A program made the position numbers and the translations under genes. Positions 35,369-47,300 of a DNA stretch of 64,000 nucleotides are shown one piece after another. The DNA comes from Xylographa opegraphella (lineage: Eukaryota), in the NCBI GenBank assembly GCA_022813865.1, contig JALDZX010000030.1:124001-188000 (forward strand), read 5' to 3'. The number at the start of each line of letters is the position of its first letter. Within the stretch, counting starts at the first letter, position 1. The notes below the pieces were generated by a model. That model was given only the letters and a program-made list of their open reading frames with translations, made no database searches and had not been told where the DNA came from.

Positions 35369-38300
35369 TCACCCATCAAGAAGTCCCTCTGTAGAAGTAG
35401 AATCCTTTTCAGCACGAGCTAGCTCTTCCATCATCGGACCGTCCATTTTGATTTTAGCTTGCACCACAAATTCGTGCAGGTGATTTCGAAGCTCATCCCT
35501 CTTTAGATCGTGGACCTCCTGGACGCGAAATCTGAGGTCGAAGTCTTCAAGAATCTCATCAAAGATCGTTTCTAGCTTGGTGGTGAACGTTTTCCGATTT
35601 GTCTCGAGAAAATCCTCAAAGGCTTTTTCAACCTTGGAAGCGATGTCTTCGAATGGGACACCTCGAGATATGGCGTTCTCCATAAGAGCTCGTTGTACTT
35701 TCTTCTGCCCAGGACCTGGATCGTGTCAGCAGAAAGACGGAGTATCACATCAAGAGAATCCATACCAGCTGCAGCAACACAATCGCGGTACACAGGCTTC
35801 ATTGCGATGGGCACATACGCCTTAAACTCCGTAGTTGTTGCGTCAAGCTTAACGTTCCTATTTGGTCAGAAGAGGGACTTCTGGTCATAGAGTGGGGAAG
35901 TTTACCGACTCAGTTTCTCTACTGCTGTGCGAATTTCACTAACGCGGCTATGTACCACTGCTTTCTTTGCTTCCAGAGATTCTTTGAATGATTTGATGGA
36001 CGCAAGATCGGTGCCAGGAAAGTCTATGCGTTCCGTTTAAAAATACGGTTTCCAAATGAAAACAATTAGAGCGGCAAGCTCACCTTTAATATCCGTAACT
36101 ACTGTATCCAATAGATTGTTAGAGGACGACAAAAAATTTTCTGAAGCATCTTTAGATGTACTATCGAAGAGTGTCCAAGATTTGTAGAGATCCTTCACAA
36201 CGGGCTCAAGTAATGTGACATTCCACGGCGTTTCATCTTGAACGTCATTGCGGAAATCTCCATGATTACGGCAACGCGCTGCGTATGTCGCGTGATGACA
36301 CTTCATACTAGATCAGCATTGGTACAGGAGCCAGGCTTGGTAGAACAAGATAGGGAAGTGAGCTCACTTGCGCCCATCCTTGTGCTGCTTTTAATGCCCG
36401 ATCTGTCCAACGAGGTCGTGATTGAACTGCACAAGTTTAACATTAGTGTATTCTCTATCTCATACTGGGTCAATTGTACCTATACCGTCAATCACAATTG
36501 TTCTTAGATGTGCTTTGAGTTCCGAAAGATACGTTGCGATAACGGACGAGGTTTTCTGAACAAATATTAGCTGCAACTAACGCTAGCTAAAACCAGATTG
36601 ACCTACTTCGCGCGGTTTAGCCACCAGTGCGCGTAATTCAACCCGGCGTTCCATTGTAGATTGAAGACACCATCCTTCGAGAGAGCTGATGAGAGACTTG
36701 ACTGTGCCTTTTGCAATGTTCTTGAAGTGTCTTCATTTTATGAGCAGAGGGAAGCATCAATGCACAAAGGCGCACACTAGAAATGCCGACAACATCAATG
36801 GAATAAGGTATAAGATCTTCTGTGTAACCGATCTGATGTAACGCATAGTGTTCATCTGAGACACAGTATACTCGTAAGGGGATTTTCTCCTTTGTAGTAT
36901 TCTCGTACTTTTTCTGCATGGCAGCTATGACCTTTTTGTTCCTCATTTCAATCAATACGCCTAGTTTCCTAAGCCAGGACGGTCAATAAATGAGAGCTCG
37001 ACTATGCGCAATCACTATTCAAGACGACTCACATCACATGAAGCGCTTTCTTTTTGAGCCTGGGCCACGATTAGTATCTTAGACTGCATAAAAACTAACC
37101 AAACAACAAATTTAAGCAGCTGTATCTGTTCGAGAGCTTCTGCTCGAGCCTGACCATGCAATCCCACCATTAAAGCAGCGAAACGTGTGATTTCGTTATT
37201 CAGTGACGTCCATGATCTTAAAATGCGGTCGTATTGTTGCCTATCAACAGGTGATGCAGCTAGGTCTCTCGGCTTTGTAAATTCATCCATTTCCTTGGTC
37301 GTCAGCTCAAAACCCCAATTTCGAGTATGAGTCCCTACGTCTGCGCGTGTACAAATCACAGCTTTGCGAGGTCCAAGTGCTCGACACACACCGTAAAGCA
37401 AGCGATTATTAGGGTTACTATCTGTCTGAACCCGGCTAACCTTGGCAACGAGAAAGATAAAATCATAGTCACGGATGTACTCCTGAGTCAATTTAACCCG
37501 GGTTTGGTTAACGTCAGAAAGTCCTAGTCAGTATTCACATAAGCAGGGAACAGCACAGGAGGTACAAACCCTCACCTGGTAGGTCCGCAAGCACAACACC
37601 TCTACTAAGACAAGTCGAATGCAAGCCGATTCTGCCTAGCACGTAAGCGTTATCCACAAAGAAGATATCTTCCTCACCTAACCAGTTTGACAAGGGGCCA
37701 AGGAGAAGCCAAGACAAAGTCTCCATTCCAAGTTTGCACAAACCGCTCGATTTTGCCTGTCAGCTCTATCGCCGTATCTGCAGTTTTCTCCACGATGCTG
37801 TTATCCGCCTCACTACCTGCGATAACTTCCCTCGACCAGGTCAAGAGCTTATCCAGTATTAGGGGATCATGGTCTGAGGTTGCAGTCCGGAGGAATTCTT
37901 CAGCTGTTTCCTCCGAATAAAACTCAGGATATTCTGCATATAATGCTAGAAAGGCCTCCATTGCGGTGTCGCGCCGAAGTTCATAGTCTCGTCGCGTAGC
38001 CTCCTCCAATTCATCAATATTCTCGAGCGTAGAGCGACAGTAATCAGCAAAGTACTCTTTCAGTATAGTCTCTCGTTCAGCCGGTTCGAAGAACCGGATC
38101 TCTGCAGCAAAGCGCTTGTTTTGAGATGCCCAGGCTGCATAATATTCTGAAACAACGCATGTGCATGCCGCGCCACCGCTGCCCTAGCCCGTACATTTGG
38201 AACGTAAGTGCAGTTCCCAGAGCCCGCAAATACATACTATTATTCTCTTACCTGATGAGCCAATCCTGGTGTATCAAGGAGACTATTGATAAGTGTGCTT

Positions 38301-38812
38301 TTGCCTATATTTCGCCCGTCAAGCTGCATTATTCCTGGGGTATAGAGCAACTTACCAACGCCGGAGTAGCCCATTAGCCCAATTCTCTTTGCTTTAGGAT
38401 ACGCAATCACTTGATGTCGAAGCATGCTCTCTAAAAGCTTAGCCGTTTCTGCATGTTGGTATGCTGATTTCTGCAAAATCCAGGCCGCGCCGCCGAGAGT
38501 CTTGGCGCACATTCGTTCAACCATCTAGAAGGAAGGGTGGAATGCAGCAAGTCTGGGTGTCTCCTTCGCGGCGCTGTATGGTTGGCCAATACCAGCAATC
38601 ATGGTATCAACCTCAGCCTGCAGTGCTTTATCTATTACTCCATCATCATTGTCAGAAATGACTTCTTGTGTGATTATAGCTTCAGCCCTGTCACTTTCAG
38701 GCTGGCTCGGCACAGCGACAGACTCATTGTTGTTTTCACATATGTAACCCGCTTCAATGTGGAGCAAGGATTCCACTCCATGTTGTGTTTTCCGGCGCTT
38801 GTGGGCCGACAT
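35369..38812 (-). pseudogene. Disrupted dynamin-like/SLIP-GC-type GTPase
   Basis: P-loop GYSGVGKSTLINSLL, G2 ACTCV, G3 LADLPGLSD, downstream HHATYAARCRNHG. In-frame TAG at 38525-38527 and apparent +1 frameshift at 36709-36712. Confidence 0.75.
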
Positions 38813-40132
38813 ATTGGTGGATATGACTATGCGTTAGGTACAATCCAAGAGATAGGAATCGGCTGAAGCCACCCGAAGATATATGCGCACCCCCTAGGAC
38901 GGTCAACAATAAGAAAGCGCCAAAGTGGAAAATGAGTAATTGCTGAAATCAAAATGCTATGCAAAGTGATCATATGTCAAAACCAGAATATATCTTAGCA
39001 GAGTCACGAATGGGGAAAACATCAATTGAAAAGGTTAAGAGAGCGTTCGTAGGAATGCCGAGCAAACTGAGCGTGCAGCGATTCAAATTTCAGGTGTAGT
39101 CGACTGTTGCCAGTGATTAAGAAAAGCCTTAATGTCTGATGCTTGTATCTCTAGCACCCTATTTCCTGACGCAGATGATCTTAAAATGACTTCAGGCTTT
39201 GACAATAGGAACTGATAGTATCTGAAGTTACAGTGATGTTGTGGACGGATAGTTTCGGATATCGATCGACTGCAAAACTATACAAACAATCACAGAAGAC
39301 AGCCAGAAACAAAGTGAGAGAAGCCCACCAGGTTTCACGACTGACAGAAGTGGTTTCCTGAGTAGAAAGATGTCTCCTGAGATCTTGGGTGAAAACGAGC
39401 TAGGTCCCTCGTGGGAGTAGCCTCCGTATCATTGTATGAACTGTCAAAGATTGGATTGGATCAAATAAGTCGAGTGGATTCAAGTATATGCCATGTGGAA
39501 AGTGCGTTATCACTAGCCTCGTAGAAGACCTTGATTGCGAATGTACCATACCCAAAACCACCAGATGAACAGCGTGATGGACGATGGACGATGGACATAG
39601 TGCGGAGTACTCCGTAGCTGCCACCACCATAGACACATAAGGGACGAGTTTCGCAGGAGAGAGTATTCGACAATTTCTTGTACCACTCATCGTGTGGATA
39701 AATGGAAACAGGAATACTACAGTACACGATCTCGAGACCAGGTCACATCCAAGCAGCTGATGCTTCACGACCCTGGCCGAGCTTGGACAATCCCGATTTA
39801 TTTCTTGTACGGCACACAAGACGAAATAATGGTTGTTCATGTCTGCTACTTGAAGATCACCTTGAAAACACTCCGAAGCTATTTTAGGACTAGGCTCGAA
39901 TCTGCTCGATTTAGCCGGGGCCTTAGGACTTATGGGCGCTATCCTAAAGGAGAAGCGAAAGGCTGTCTGTATGCGGCCATTCGGTCCCAAAATAATCCAT
40001 CGTGCATATCCTGTGCTCGCTCGTAGTCCTTACGCACTACCGCCGTCCGAGGGCCATACCATTAGGCGATAACACTGTCAGATACTTCGTTCACTGTCAC
40101 TACGGTATCATTTGTTTGCTGCTCGGTGTACA

Positions 40133-40717
40133 ATGTTCTGCCTCCGCAGGTATTTGCCCTGTGCGTCGCTTGAACTGTTGGTTCGTTCTTACTAACCCAG
40201 TTGACAAGCTGGCTGCCGTTGCTCTTTATACCGACGAATGCATCACCGTTGTCAGTATTTCACCCTCCGTAACCATATTTCATACGTACTGACTGGGTGG
40301 GTCACTGCTCTCAGATTCGTGGTTTCATTCTTTGTCCTAACGTACTTTCTCAACCGGCCTTGTGTCTATTGTTCAATCCTGCTTCTCATCTTATTCATCT
40401 CCTCTTGCTACTGGTCCGACCACTGTTTCTTCGATATTCAAAGCAACTGGTTCGAGCCACGACACCTATCGTCAACGTTGCCAAACCCCTTACCACAAGT
40501 GGAGCAAACCCAATACCGAGATACGGATTCAGGGGCTTTCTTAGCAACAGCAATAGCAGAAACAGGACTTACCTTGGCCGGAGCGGCTGTGGAAGAGCTC
40601 AGACGACGACTCGTTCCCAAACCAGAATGGACAGGTATAGGAGTCGAATGGCTGAGGAGCTGGCTGGGAGCACGTGAATGGAGAATTCCATGTTTGGATG
40701 TCTACATTCGTTTGTAG
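40133..40717 (+). CDS. BC10/BLCAP-family small membrane protein, 3 exons
   Basis: Spliced MFCLRSWLPLLFIPTNASPLFVVSFFVLTYFLNRPCVYCSILLLILF matches the BC10 pattern (M.CL.W...L.P...RPC..CS). Confidence 0.8.
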
Positions 40718-41250
40718 ACAGTGTCTGATATGTGTATGAGTGGCGCCTAGGATTTTGAAAAATAATATACCCGTGGTGGACGATTGGCGTTAATCATCGT
40801 ATTTTGGCTATAATACATATCTCTGCTGCTTGAGCATATACAATCAGTTGAAAGACTTTCTTTATAGTGACTATTCCGTTAATTCAGAAGTTCTTGATAT
40901 CATAAGTACTATAGTGAGTTACTTTTTCGGGGATTTGAACCAAAAGCCTGCTGTTGATACTGTAGGAAATCGTCAAGTCTAGAGAACATATCGCAACATA
41001 CAACAACAAGTGATGCTTAGCAGTCGCACAAGAATACTAAATGTTGAGATTCGAACAATTTCAAAGCCTGGTCCTCAAACAGTTGTGCCGTAAGGCGGGG
41101 TATAACGTCCCCGCATTGTTTTGGCAACAAACTCTAGAACATCTAAAGATAAGGAAACCATTTAACTTACATCCTGGAGAGAGACATCGTTCAAAAACCA
41201 TTCTTCAGGTAGCACAACAATTATATAGGATACACGACACCTCAGCAGCT

Positions 41251-44200
41251 ATGGCTACAAAAGATAGAGATGTTCTGCCATCAAGGTCTGACGCTCCAAA
41301 GATCAACTATTCAAAGCTTTGACTCATGACAGCAATATAGTATAAAGCCTACCAACTATGATATCTCATTGTATGATCTCGAGCTTGGTGGGTCATACAG
41401 TTACCAAGGGACAGTGAAGATCGATCTTAGTTGTCATGAGGCCACAAGAGACATTATACTGAACACGATCGAGCTCAAACTTCACAGTGCCGGTATCACA
41501 GGGACGGGTGTTGCTAGTATGCTTGTATCAACTGTAAAGTCAATTTATTCGTGCTTACGTCTCTTCAGGTCAGAAAGCAGCAGGCTTTACCGAGGACGCT
41601 ACGGCGCAACGTACCACTATATCCTTTTCTGATGAGATACCTGCAGGCTCCAGATTTGTTCTGGAGATCAAGTATAGTGGAATTATGAATGATACAATGT
41701 CTGGTTTCTACCGATCAAAATACAAACCGACAGTTCCGGCTGCAGAGTCCACACCGAAAGATGATGAATATCATTATATGTTCAGCACTCAATTTGAGTC
41801 CTGCGATGCACGGAGAGCCGTTCCGTGTTTTGACGAACCTAACATCAAAGCCACCTTTGACTTTCAGATTGAGATCCCAGACGATCTTACGGCACTTAGT
41901 AATATGCCTGAAAAGAGGACCGAGCAAGGTAAGAACGGCCGAAAAACTGTGGTCTTCGAAAGAACACCTGTTATGAGTACATATCTCCTTGCTTGGGCAT
42001 TCGGGGATTTCGAGTACGTAGAAGACTTCACCAAACGCAAATACAACGGAAAACAGCTACCTGTTAGGGTCTATACGACTCGAGGATTAAAGGAGCAGGG
42101 TCGATTTGGGTTAGCCAATGCTCATCAGATCATAGACTACTTCTCAGAGGTACAGAGAGCCAGACTGTGGAATGATACCTTATGGGTACTAATGTTGCGT
42201 TCTCTATAGATATTCCAAATTGATTATCCCCTTCCAAAAGCCGATCTGTTGGCCGTTCACGAATTTGTAAGTCGAACTAGTCTGAGTGTATGATATATGT
42301 ATGCCCTGACTGTGCCGAATCATCTGTTAGATAATAAGTTCTACGTGTGGAAGTATATGCAGGAGTAATCGGCTGATCATTGATTCTTAGTCGTACGGAG
42401 CCATGGAGAACTGGGGACTGGTTACCTACCGCACAACTGCAATTTTGTTCGACGATGAGAAAAGCGACGCCAAATACAAAAACAGAGTGGCATATGTTGT
42501 TGCACACGGTACGACCCACACACGGCTCCTCGGATCTACAGTTGACTAACATGACCAGAACTTGCTCATCAATGGTTTGGTAATCTTGTTACGATGGATT
42601 GGTGGAGCGAGTTGTGGCTCAACGAGGGCTTTGCGACATGGGTCGGATGGCTTGCAATAGACCATATCTATCCTGAATGGGATACCTGGGCTCAGTTCAT
42701 TACGGAGTCGGTTCAGACAGCCTTTCAACTGGATGCTCTGAGAGCATCACACCCCATCGAGGTTCCGGTAAAAGATGCTCTTGAAATCAGTCAGATCTTC
42801 GATGCGATCAGCTATTTGAAAGGGAGTTCTGTAATTCGTATGCTCAGTGGTCATCTTGGAGTTGAAGTCTTTCTACGCGGCGTGTCTGACTATTTAAAAG
42901 CTCATGCGTATGGTATGTCTTGCCGCAAGCTTCCATGTTGCAATCAGGCTGAAAAATCGCAGGTAATGCAACTACCAATGACCTTTGGACAGCTCTAAGC
43001 AAAGCATCCGGGCAAAATGTCAATGCGTTCATGGTACGCCATTTCTTGTTGTATTCCGTGCTACGGCTTACACTTGGATAGGATCCCTGGATTCGTAAAA
43101 TCGGGTTTCCAGTCTTGACGGTAGCTGAAGAGCCAGGCCAAATTATTATCCGGCAGACTCGATTTCTGTCATCCGGTGATGTCGAGGCAGCCGAAGACGA
43201 TACCGTATGGTGGATCCCACTGGGACTGAAAACTGATTCAGAAAGCTCTGGGGCTTCCACTGGAGCATTGACAACGAGGGAAGAAACTCTTCGTAATATC
43301 GATGAGACATTCTACAAGCTGAACGCAGATGTGAACGGCTTTTATCGGACCAATTATCCACCCCAACGATTGGCGAAGCTTGGCAAGGCGCGTAGCAAAC
43401 TTTCCGTCGAAGACCGTATTGGATTGGTCGGAGACGCTGCGGCGTTGGCCATATCTGGCGAGGGCACGACTGCTGGGCTCCTGTCGTTGTGTGCAGAATT
43501 CAAGGAGGAGAAGAGCTTGATGTAAGCTACATTCGGGAGAAAACCTTGAAGTATGCTAATTAGCAAAGGGTATGGTCGCAAATTAGCAAATCGCTGAACA
43601 ACATTCAGTCAATATTTGCAGGTAACAAAGCTATTGATGACGGTCTACGGAAGTTCATTCTGGAATTGGTTACACCGGCAACGGAGAATATTGGATGGGA
43701 GTCTTCGCCGAAGGAAGACAATCTGACAACGAGACTACGTTCATTGCTGATTGCGACGGCGGGCAGCGCTGGTCATGAATCGTAAGCATTTCGGTGCAAT
43801 GGAAAGCTTCAAATCTCTAATAACAACGCAGAACCATTGCGGAAGCTGAAAAGCTCTTTGCTGCCTACACGTCCGGCAAGTCCGACGCTATACATCCCAG
43901 TCTTCGCATGCCCGTTTTTAGCATCGCCGTCAAATCTGGTGGTGCTACCGCATATGAGGCTGTAAAGCAAGATTACCTATCTTCTTTGTCCGTAGATGGA
44001 AAGGAGATTGGTCTTCAGGCAATGGGTTACGTTCAAAGCACGGATCTGGTTAAAGATTTCATGGATTTTCAACTTTCGGACAAAGTAGCAGTTCAGGACG
44101 CACACAGTGGAGCTATGTCATTGGCCGCAAATCCTAAGGCAAGAGATCCGCTATGGACCTACATCAAGGCGCACTGGGGTTCTATAGAGGCGAAGCTTTC

Positions 44201-44423
44201 AGCAAACAGTGTCGTTGTAGCTCGCTTCGTCAAAAGCGTTCTCGCTAAATATTCGACACTCGAGATGGAAGTGGAGATCAGCAAGTTCTTCGAAGGGAAA
44301 GACACGAAAGGATACGACCGGGGCTTGGTTGAAGTTATCGACACGATCAAGGGCAACGCGAAGTATAAGGAGAGAGATGAAAAATTGTTGCTGGATTGGC
44401 TTCAAGTTCACGGTTATGCTTGA
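41251..44423 (+). CDS. M1 family zinc aminopeptidase (Ape2/Aap1-like); possible upstream start at 41041
   Basis: [58 protein letters not shown] (HEXXH-X18-E), [16 protein letters not shown] and an ERAP1-C-like tail. Confidence 0.95.
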
Positions 44424-44847
44424 GTTAATGCAAAGGAAGACGTCGGTCGGTCTGGTTAGGTGACATATTTTGACACATGACAATGACACCGGCTAAGGGG
44501 CAGTACAGGAAGGAACCTAAGTCAGGCGGTAGACCAGCAGCCTAGAGTAGAATTTAGAAGAAAGACTTTTTGACGAATCACACTGTTCGTGACTTGTTTT
44601 AAGTCGAAAAGTAGCGTGAACTTCATGCGCATGTTGGAGACAGCGGATCGGATCTACTTTGTAGCGGCACTCTTACTTCTTCCGGATTAGTTGTGTTCTC
44701 ACTGTCGACTGACTTCTTCTCCGTGACACTGTTCTATCAGAATCACTTGTCACTCATACACTCTACGACTATTTAAGTATTCACGTCCTCCAGCTGTTAT
44801 CGCTGCTTCCTGTTTTTGACCCTCCACCGTGAGTGCTCATCGCAACC

Positions 44848-45826
44848 ATGAATCCTGAGTAGTAAGTCTTTCACTTTGCGTTCTAGCTACCAGACTCTAC
44901 AGTATAGATGGATATGGCCATGGTGCTGACTGAGCTATCTTTGTAGAGTCTTCAAATAGCTACCAGTCTTCGCGGATCTTCTACTGCAGGGCCGAGCACC
45001 CAGCAGCCACCTGCGGGCTCTCCCCAGTCTTTGAATCAGCTAATGCTCCACACTTAGATACGACTACCTCTTTAAGCTTCTTCTTATCGGTGACTCTGGA
45101 GTAGGGAAATCCTGCTTGCTTCTACGATTCGCCGACGACACATACACCGAGAGTTACATCTCAACGATCGGAGTGGACTTTGTAAGACCAGGCCATCCGG
45201 ACAGATTATAACGTTGGAGAGCACGAAACTAACAGTGGAATAGAAAATTCGGACAATCGAACTCGATGGCAAGACTGTGAAACTCCAAATTGTAAGAAAA
45301 ACAGCTCCATGATTACACTCTTGTACGCTGATATTTTGGTAGTGGGATACCGCTGGGCAAGAACGATTCCGAACCATCACATCCTCGTACTACCGCGGCG
45401 CGCACGGTATCTGCGTTGTCTACGATGTGACAGATATGGACTCTTTCAACAATGTCAAGCAGTGGCTGCAAGAAATCGACCGCTATGCTACAGAAGGCGT
45501 GAACAAACTGCTCGTTGGCAATAAGAGCGATATGTCGGACAAGAAAGTTGTGGAGTACACGGTAGCAAAGGTAAGTAACATCGGACCTAGGTATCATGAG
45601 GGCGTTTCTCTGACGCCGCTGCCTTCCTCAGGAATTTGCCGACAGTCTCGGTATTCCATTCCTCGAAACCTCAGCCAAGAACGCATCAAATGTCGAGCAA
45701 GCTTTTCTTACCATGGCGCGCCAGATTAAGGAGAGGATGGGGACTACAACTGTCAACAACAAGCCCACCGTGCAAGTTGGACAAGGACAAGGTGTACAAT
45801 CGGGTTCCGGAGGCGGTTGTTGTTGA
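44848..45826 (+). CDS. YPT1: Rab1/Ypt1 small GTPase
   Basis: [55 protein letters not shown] and C-terminal GGCC. Confidence 0.97.
44859..45057 (+). other. Spliceosomal twin intron ([D3,4] type): internal intron 44862-44946 interrupts the donor of the external intron
   Basis: GA|GTA[GTAAGT...GCTGAC...TTGTAG]AGT...GCTAAT...TTAG|ATAC. Confidence 0.8.
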
Positions 45827-46471
45827 ACATCTACGCACTTTGGGTTTCGAGAACCAGAATGCATCATGACCAAGATTGACAGCACGCGGATAGCTCTGAT
45901 CAGCTGGCGTCCAAATGTATCTTGCGAGTCCGATTATCTTTGTTTGCGCTAGAAGGACTCCCCCAGTCTGTTTCCTGGCACTACTGGTATGGTCGGTGTG
46001 TCCAGGTAATGGCAGTTGAGTAGAATGGCGATCCGTGGTCTGGCTGTCTTTGATGGCGAGTCTGGTTTCTGGGTTGCGCGACACGGTTTGGCATTATAGG
46101 AGTCAATATACAGCAATTTCGACTATCTCATATTACCAGTTGGTGGTTTGGTCTACTTCTTTCGCTTTGTTCTGTGCACATGCTTTCCGAGTCATTAATG
46201 CATATATATATTGGCACCATGAGCTCCAAGATATGAATTTCCAATTTGCTCTGCTTATCCAATCTGCTTCCCTTTTTAGGGTTGCTTTGTTTCCCCGCCA
46301 AGCTCCCCCCTGTTATCGGGGCGACTCGGCGGGACCGCTCAAGTCCCCCATGTCTCCTCTCCCCCGTGATCCATCTCCTTAATCTAGAGAAAGTCAGCGA
46401 TCATACCACTCGAATATTTATCTACAGTCACCGCGGATCCTCACCTCGGGCCTCCGCCCCTCTTGTATTTC

Positions 46472-47300
46472 TTATCTACCCACGGCCAAACCATCAGCCT
46501 TTCGTTTCGTAACCGCTGAAGCCCGCCCCCTTGCGGACGCGCCAGTGGAGTCACACTCACATATATGAAATACGGCCCAGCCCAGCACGGCGAAGACGAC
46601 GACCGCCGCTACCACCACCACTGCGATCCCGCCCGGCGTGTTGACCACCGCCTGCGGGGTCGTCGTCGGCGATGCACCCGGAGCGTGGGTTGTCTCTGGC
46701 CTATGCACGCTCTTCGGCTGCTCGGAGGATGGCTGGGGCACCGGCATGGTGGATGTTGAGGGGCTCGTCTTGGTGATTCCGGTTGTGGTGACGGTTTCCA
46801 TGGTGGTTGGAGTGGTGGCTGCTGCTGGCGAGGCGGGAGAGGAGGTCGTCGAAGAGGGTGTCGATATGGTGAGGCTCTTGCCGAGGGGGACGCTGGTCGG
46901 GGCCGTGGTAGTGGTGTCGTGGTTTCCGGGGGCATCTTGCGGTTGAGGGCCTGTCAGTGTCGGCGCTCGCTTGTGATGTGGGAGCTGGTGTTTGGGAAGA
47001 GTGGGGAGGGACGCGGAGCATTCACTCGGAGGAGCGGTCTGCGGATACGGCGTGACGCCTACTGGTTCCAGCGTGATCGGGACGTTCAACGTGACTGTGG
47101 GGGCTCAGCTTGTTTCTATGCTGGTGCTTTATTCTGCTGGATGCGAATGGAGAGGTGGGGTACGTACTCGTCGCTCCTGTCAGTTGACCTAGGCTCACGA
47201 TCGCTGCGGTGGAGAGGGTGGTGGTGCTGGTGCTGGTGCTGGTAGTGGTGAGGAAGGCGGTAATGGCTGTGCTGGAGAAGGGATCTGTATTGTCCGTGGT
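46472..47300 (-). CDS. Hypothetical Ser/Thr/Pro-rich single-pass membrane protein; 5' structure unresolved
   Basis: 205-codon ORF with mucin-like T/S/P tracts and a hydrophobic stretch GGIAVVVVAAVVVFAVLGWAVFHIC. An upstream Thr-rich frame ends at a GTACGT donor. Confidence 0.45.

Noticed and set aside
39400..40026. 196-aa minus-strand and 110-aa plus-strand ORFs upstream of BC10
   Set aside because: No recognisable motif or convincing coding pattern; likely promoter or UTR.
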